Source of the DNA: Squalus acanthias
Taxonomy: Eukaryota
Length of the DNA stretch: 64,000 nucleotides
Assembly: GCA_030390025.1 (NCBI GenBank)
Contig: CM059432.1
Location: forward strand, 71,054,001 to 71,118,000
Reading direction: 5' to 3'
Position numbers and translations under genes: made by a program. Under the pieces are notes generated by a model. That model did no database searches. It saw only the letters and a list, made by a program, of their open reading frames with translations, and was not told where the DNA came from. This document shows, piece after piece, positions 61,445 to 64,000 of this stretch; position 1 is the stretch's first letter; each line of letters begins with the position of its first letter.

Positions 61445-64000
61445 ATTTTTTTGTTTTTGTTTCAAAAATATACTTTATTCATTTTTTGTCCAAATACATG
61501 AAAATACAGTCCACATCTGGTACAATACAAATTAACTGCGGTACATGGCACTCAATTTACAGAGACACGTTACAATACATTTTCATTACACATTTTATAA
61601 GTCATACAGCCCAAGGGGTCAAGATCCATTCCAATACTTGTCAAGATACATTACACTACAATCCACCAATCATATTACATATGGCATAATCCAGATAAAT
61701 GCAGTACATGGTACTCTATTTACATCAACAGATTACAATTGCATTTACAATTAACACACTTCTGCGTCATATGGCCCGAGGGGGGTTTTTATACTGGTTT
61801 CAGCCCCTCGGTGTACACTGGTGGGAGGGCCTTAAACTGTGGCCCTTCCCCATCGTGCCTTTGCGGCGGCGGCACCAACCTTTAGTGCGTCCCTCAGCAC
61901 GTACTCCTGGACCTTGGAATGTGCCAGTCTGCAACACTCGGTCGTGGACAACTCCTTACGCTGGAAGACCAGCAAGTTTCGGGCAGACCAAAGGGCGTCT
62001 TTCACCGAGTTGATGATCTTCCAGCAGCAGCTGATGTTTGTCTGGGTGTGCGTCCCTGGGAACAGTCTGTAGAGCACAGAGTCCTGTGTTACAGAGCTGC
62101 TCGGGATGAACCTCGACAAAGACCACTGCATCTCTTTCCAGACCTTCTTTGCAAAGGCACATTCCAGAAGGAGATGGATGACGGTCTCGTCCCAAGCGCA
62201 GCCTCCTCGAGGACAGCGTGCGGTGGAGCAGAGATGCCGGGAGTGCATGAAGGATCTGACGGGGAGGGCCCTTCTCACCACCAGCCAAGCTACGTCTTGG
62301 TGCTTGTTTGTAAGTTCTGGCGATGAGGCATTCTGCCAAATGACTTCGACAGTCTGCTCGGGGAACCATCCGACAGGATCCACCATCTCCTTTTTCCGTA
62401 GGGTCTCGAGGACGTTACGCTCTGACCACTGCTTTATGGCCTTGTAGTCAAAGGTGTTTCCCTCAACAAACTTTTCTACAAAGGACAGGTGGTCCGGCAC
62501 GGTCCAACTGGATGGAGCGTTCCGCGGCAGCGTGGCCAGACCCATCCTTCGCAACACCAGGGACAGATAGAACCTCAGCACGTAGTGACACTTAGGGTTG
62601 GATTTTGTCAATGGGGACGTGATGGAGGCGGGACTCCCACTTTTTGGGTTGTAGTCCCGCCTCCATCGACTTGTGGTCAACCCACTGTATTTTCCCTTGA
62701 TTGACCTTGTTAAACCTGCCCAGCGGGCTTAGCAGGCCAAGCTTTTGACAGATGAAATTTCAGTGTTTGACAGCTCTGTGAAGCTGTCAAACACTGACAA
62801 TATGATTTCTAACTTGAGTCCCTGTACTTAGACTGAGTTAGAAATCAATCCAGCACAGAAAGCAGAGACTGCAGCTTTTGACAGCTCCGCGGCCATTCTG
62901 CGTTCTGTGCCGGTGAGCTGAGGAACTCCCGAGAACTGAAGGAAGGAAGCCTGCAGGACAAAGTTAAGGTAAGTAAAAGTTCTTAAAACACTTTACACAC
63001 ACCAAACATACTTACCTCTGCACTCATGCACCCATCACTCACCTGCACACCGGACATCTCGACCCCTCCAAGCCCTCCAGACCGACGGTCTGCCTCGCTA
63101 AATCGGCATGGTTCGGACCTGTCGGGAAGCCCACACATCAGGGCTAAAAATAGGGATTAGGCAAAAAACTGCCTGTTAACTACCTGTTAACAGGCAATTT
63201 ATTGGCACTAATCCCCTTCCCACCTCGGGGAGGCGGGTCTCAGCACAGGTCAGGTACCCACCTCCTGGGAAACTGGCATGGAGGCGGGTTGGGGGCAGGA
63301 TGGGTTTGGGACCCCCGAATCTGCTATTTTCCCACCACTCCTGCCTCCAAACCTGCCTCCACAGGCCAGTGAAACTTGAGCCCTTGGTGTTTGCGTACCG
63401 AGGGTCTGTGCACAGCTTGATGCAGCCGCACACAAAGGTGGCCATCAGGATGAGGGCGACGTTGGATATGTTCTTTCCCCCTTTCTCTGGAGATTTGTAC
63501 ATCGTGTCCTCCGGACACGGTCCATTTTGGATCTCCAGATAAAGTGGAAGACGGCTCGGGTGACTGCGGCGGCGCAGGGTCGGGGTATGGGCCACAACTG
63601 CGCCACGTACAGCAACACCGACAGCACCTCGCACCTGATGACCAGGTTCTTGCCCGCAATCGACAGGGAGCGCTGCTCCCACATTCCCAGTTTCCGTCGT
63701 ACCTTGGCGATACGCTCCTCCCAGTTTTTGGTGCACGCCCCGGCCGCTCTGAACCATATTCCCAGCACCTTCAGGTAATCTGACCTGACGGTGAAGGGGA
63801 CAAAGGATCGGTCGGCCCAGTTCCCAAAGAACATGGCCTCGCTTTTGCTGCGATTAACTTTCGCTCCCGAGGCCAGTTCAAACTGGTCGCAGATGCTCAG
63901 CAATCTGCGGACCGACAGCGGATCCGAGCAAAAGACGGCGACATCGTCCATGTACAGGGAGGCCTTAACCTGAGTGCCTCCGCTGCCTGGGATCATCACC
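61445..64000 (-). mobile_element. Tx1-clade LINE, 3' half (RT C-terminus, zinc finger, polyA tail); continues beyond the window
   Basis: SLYMDDV, SGAKVN..KS, LGIWF and CPRGGC...ETVIHLLLEC; AATAAA and an A-rich tail at about 61445-61480 on -. Confidence 0.9.
62595..63383. mobile_element. MITE family M1, second copy (inverted relative to 6733), inserted in Tx1 ORF2
   Basis: TIR GGGTTGGATTTT / AAACTTGAGCCC with TSD TTA/TTG. Removing it restores ...PRYANTK-CHYVLRFY. Confidence 0.9.

Overview
This is eukaryotic, repeat-saturated DNA, most likely from a cartilaginous fish (inferred from Deu-domain tRNA SINEs, CR1/L2/Tx1 LINEs and Penelope fragments typical of elasmobranch genomes). I found no host protein-coding exon. 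The window is dominated by at least 8 PIF/Harbinger DNA transposon copies or relics from several families. Their shared layout is GGG-starting TIRs, a 3-bp TSD, and a HARBI1-like DDE transposase convergent with a 3-exon Myb/SANT-like gene; several MITE derivatives are also present. The most notable pattern is that the transposase catalytic core has been deleted repeatedly in different families while the Myb gene is kept. One such element (26891-30175) still carries a fully open, spliceable 502-aa Myb/SANT plus coiled-coil gene. Other highlights are MITEs rich in TTGACAG/CTGTCAA hairpins and consensus 5' splice donors, Penelope hammerhead ribozymes with stem-I covariation, a perfect 81-bp Penelope hairpin, two templated inverted insertions, and a nested insertion stack that creates a chimeric L2/CR1 endonuclease ORF. 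All family assignments come from motif recognition; no database search was run.
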